A stretch of 6,337 bases of DNA from IMG/VR virus record IMGVR_UViG_2693429524_000012; one strand, written 5' to 3'. The stretch comes from a virus. Its lineage: Duplodnaviria > Heunggongvirae > Uroviricota > Caudoviricetes. Below the pieces are notes generated by a model that was given only the letters and a program-made list of their open reading frames with translations, made no database searches and had not been told where the DNA came from. Shown here piece after piece: positions 5,390-6,337 of this stretch; the stretch's first letter is position 1; each line of letters opens with the position of its first letter. A program made the position numbers and the translations under genes.

Positions 5390-6187
5390 ATGATTAAGTG
5401 GCCCTGGAAAGTACAAGAATCAGCACATCAAACTGCCCTTCCCTGGCAGGAAGCACTATCGATCCCCCTTTTAACGTGTCTGACGGAACAGGAACAAAGC
5501 AAATTAGTCACTCTTGCCGAACGTTTTTTACAGCAAAAGCGGCTTGTTCCTTTACAGGGCTTTGAACTGGATTCATTAAGAAGCTGCCGGATAGCACTTC
5601 TATTTTGCCTACCCGTTCTGGAGTTAGGACTGGAATGGCTGGATGGTTTTCATGAAGTCTTAATTTATCCTGCGCCATTTGTGGTCGATGATGAATGGGA
5701 AGACGATATCGGTCTGGTGCATAACCAACGTATTGTTCAGTCAGGTCAGAGCTGGCAGCAAGGGCCTATCGTTTTGAACTGGTTGGATATACAAGATTCT
5801 TTTGATGCTTCTGGTTTTAACCTGATTATTCATGAAGTCGCTCATAAGCTGGACACCCGTAACGGCGATCGCGCCAGCGGAGTTCCCTTTATTCCGTTGC
5901 GTGAGGTTGCTGGCTGGGAACACGATCTTCATGCTGCAATGAACAACATTCAGGAAGAAATCGAATTGGTTGGCGAGAATGCGGCGAGCATTGATGCTTA
6001 TGCTGCCAGTGATCCTGCTGAATGTTTTGCCGTACTTTCTGAATATTTCTTTAGCGCCCCAGAACTTTTTGCTCCTCGTTTCCCTTCATTGTGGCAACGT
6101 TTCTGCCAATTTTATCAACAAGATCCTTTGCAGAGACTGCATCGCACTAATGATACAGACTCGTTTTCGGCGACGAATGTTCATTAA
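5390..6187 (+). CDS. mtfA: MtfA (Mlc titration factor A; zinc-dependent peptidase), 265 aa
   Basis: Product starts [28 protein letters not shown], contains the HEVAH zinc-binding motif, and is 265 aa, matching E. coli MtfA (YeeI). The ORF-track start at GTG 5351 is an in-frame upstream extension; ATG 5390 is the likely start. Confidence 0.95.
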
Positions 6188-6226
6188 TTAACAACTTTGC
6201 AGATTAATTAACCAATTGAAATGGCT

Positions 6227-6337
6227 TGAACCGCCCCGGGTTTCCTGGAGAGTGTTTTATCTGTGAACTCAGGCTGCCAGATCATCGTTTCCGATGGAAG
6301 CATAATAAGCTTTTTCTGCTTCTGCCGGAGGAGTATG
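6227..6337 (-). mobile_element. IS3-family insertion sequence (IS629-like), right end; element continues beyond the window end
   Basis: From 6227 the sequence reads TGAACCGCCCCGGGTTTCCTGGAGAGTGTTTTATCTGTGAACTC, an IS3-group terminal repeat related to the one at 71..124. The complementary strand encodes a transposase C-terminus. Same orientation as the copy at the window start. Confidence 0.8.
6269..6337 (-). CDS. IS3-family transposase OrfB, C-terminal fragment (partial; frame chosen by motif)
   Basis: Complement of 6272..6337 translates HTPPAEAEKAYYASIGNDDLAA followed by TGA (complement 6269..6271). The TP-x-E-x-E-K-x-YY pattern resembles the C-terminal tail of DDE transposases. A second frame is also open here, so the frame is uncertain. 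Confidence 0.45.
   Translation of the reverse strand, partial: HTPPAEAEKAYYASIGNDDLAA

Noticed and set aside
5741-6191. ORFs 5741..5932 (-) and 5970..6191 (+) within mtfA
   Set aside because: Alternative-frame or antisense ORFs inside the conserved mtfA coding sequence.

Overview
Enterobacterial (E. coli/Shigella-type) accessory region: the left arm of a degraded lambdoid, Qin-like cryptic prophage integrated at the 3' end of tRNA-Ser(CGA) (serU), next to the core gene mtfA, and bracketed by two same-orientation IS3-family (IS629-like) copies that run off both window edges. Reading left to right on the + strand: IS end (1..124), ydfC-like small ORF, a structured untranslated spacer, the DicF sRNA, dicB (division inhibitor), a ydfD-like lysis gene broken by an in-frame amber codon, a large ~823-aa protein with a C-terminal DEDDh (DnaQ-like) 3'-5' exonuclease domain, xis, int, tandem repeats at the att arm, serU (- strand), mtfA (+), then the second IS end (6227..6337). 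The most interesting object is the large exonuclease-domain protein, which sits where lambdoid phages carry exo/recE but has a different catalytic fold and no annealase partner. The prophage looks immobilised: its promoter-proximal part is replaced by IS, ydfD is interrupted, and the integrase appears to carry Lys in place of a catalytic Arg. Gene names are assigned from recalled sequences, lengths and synteny; no database search was possible.
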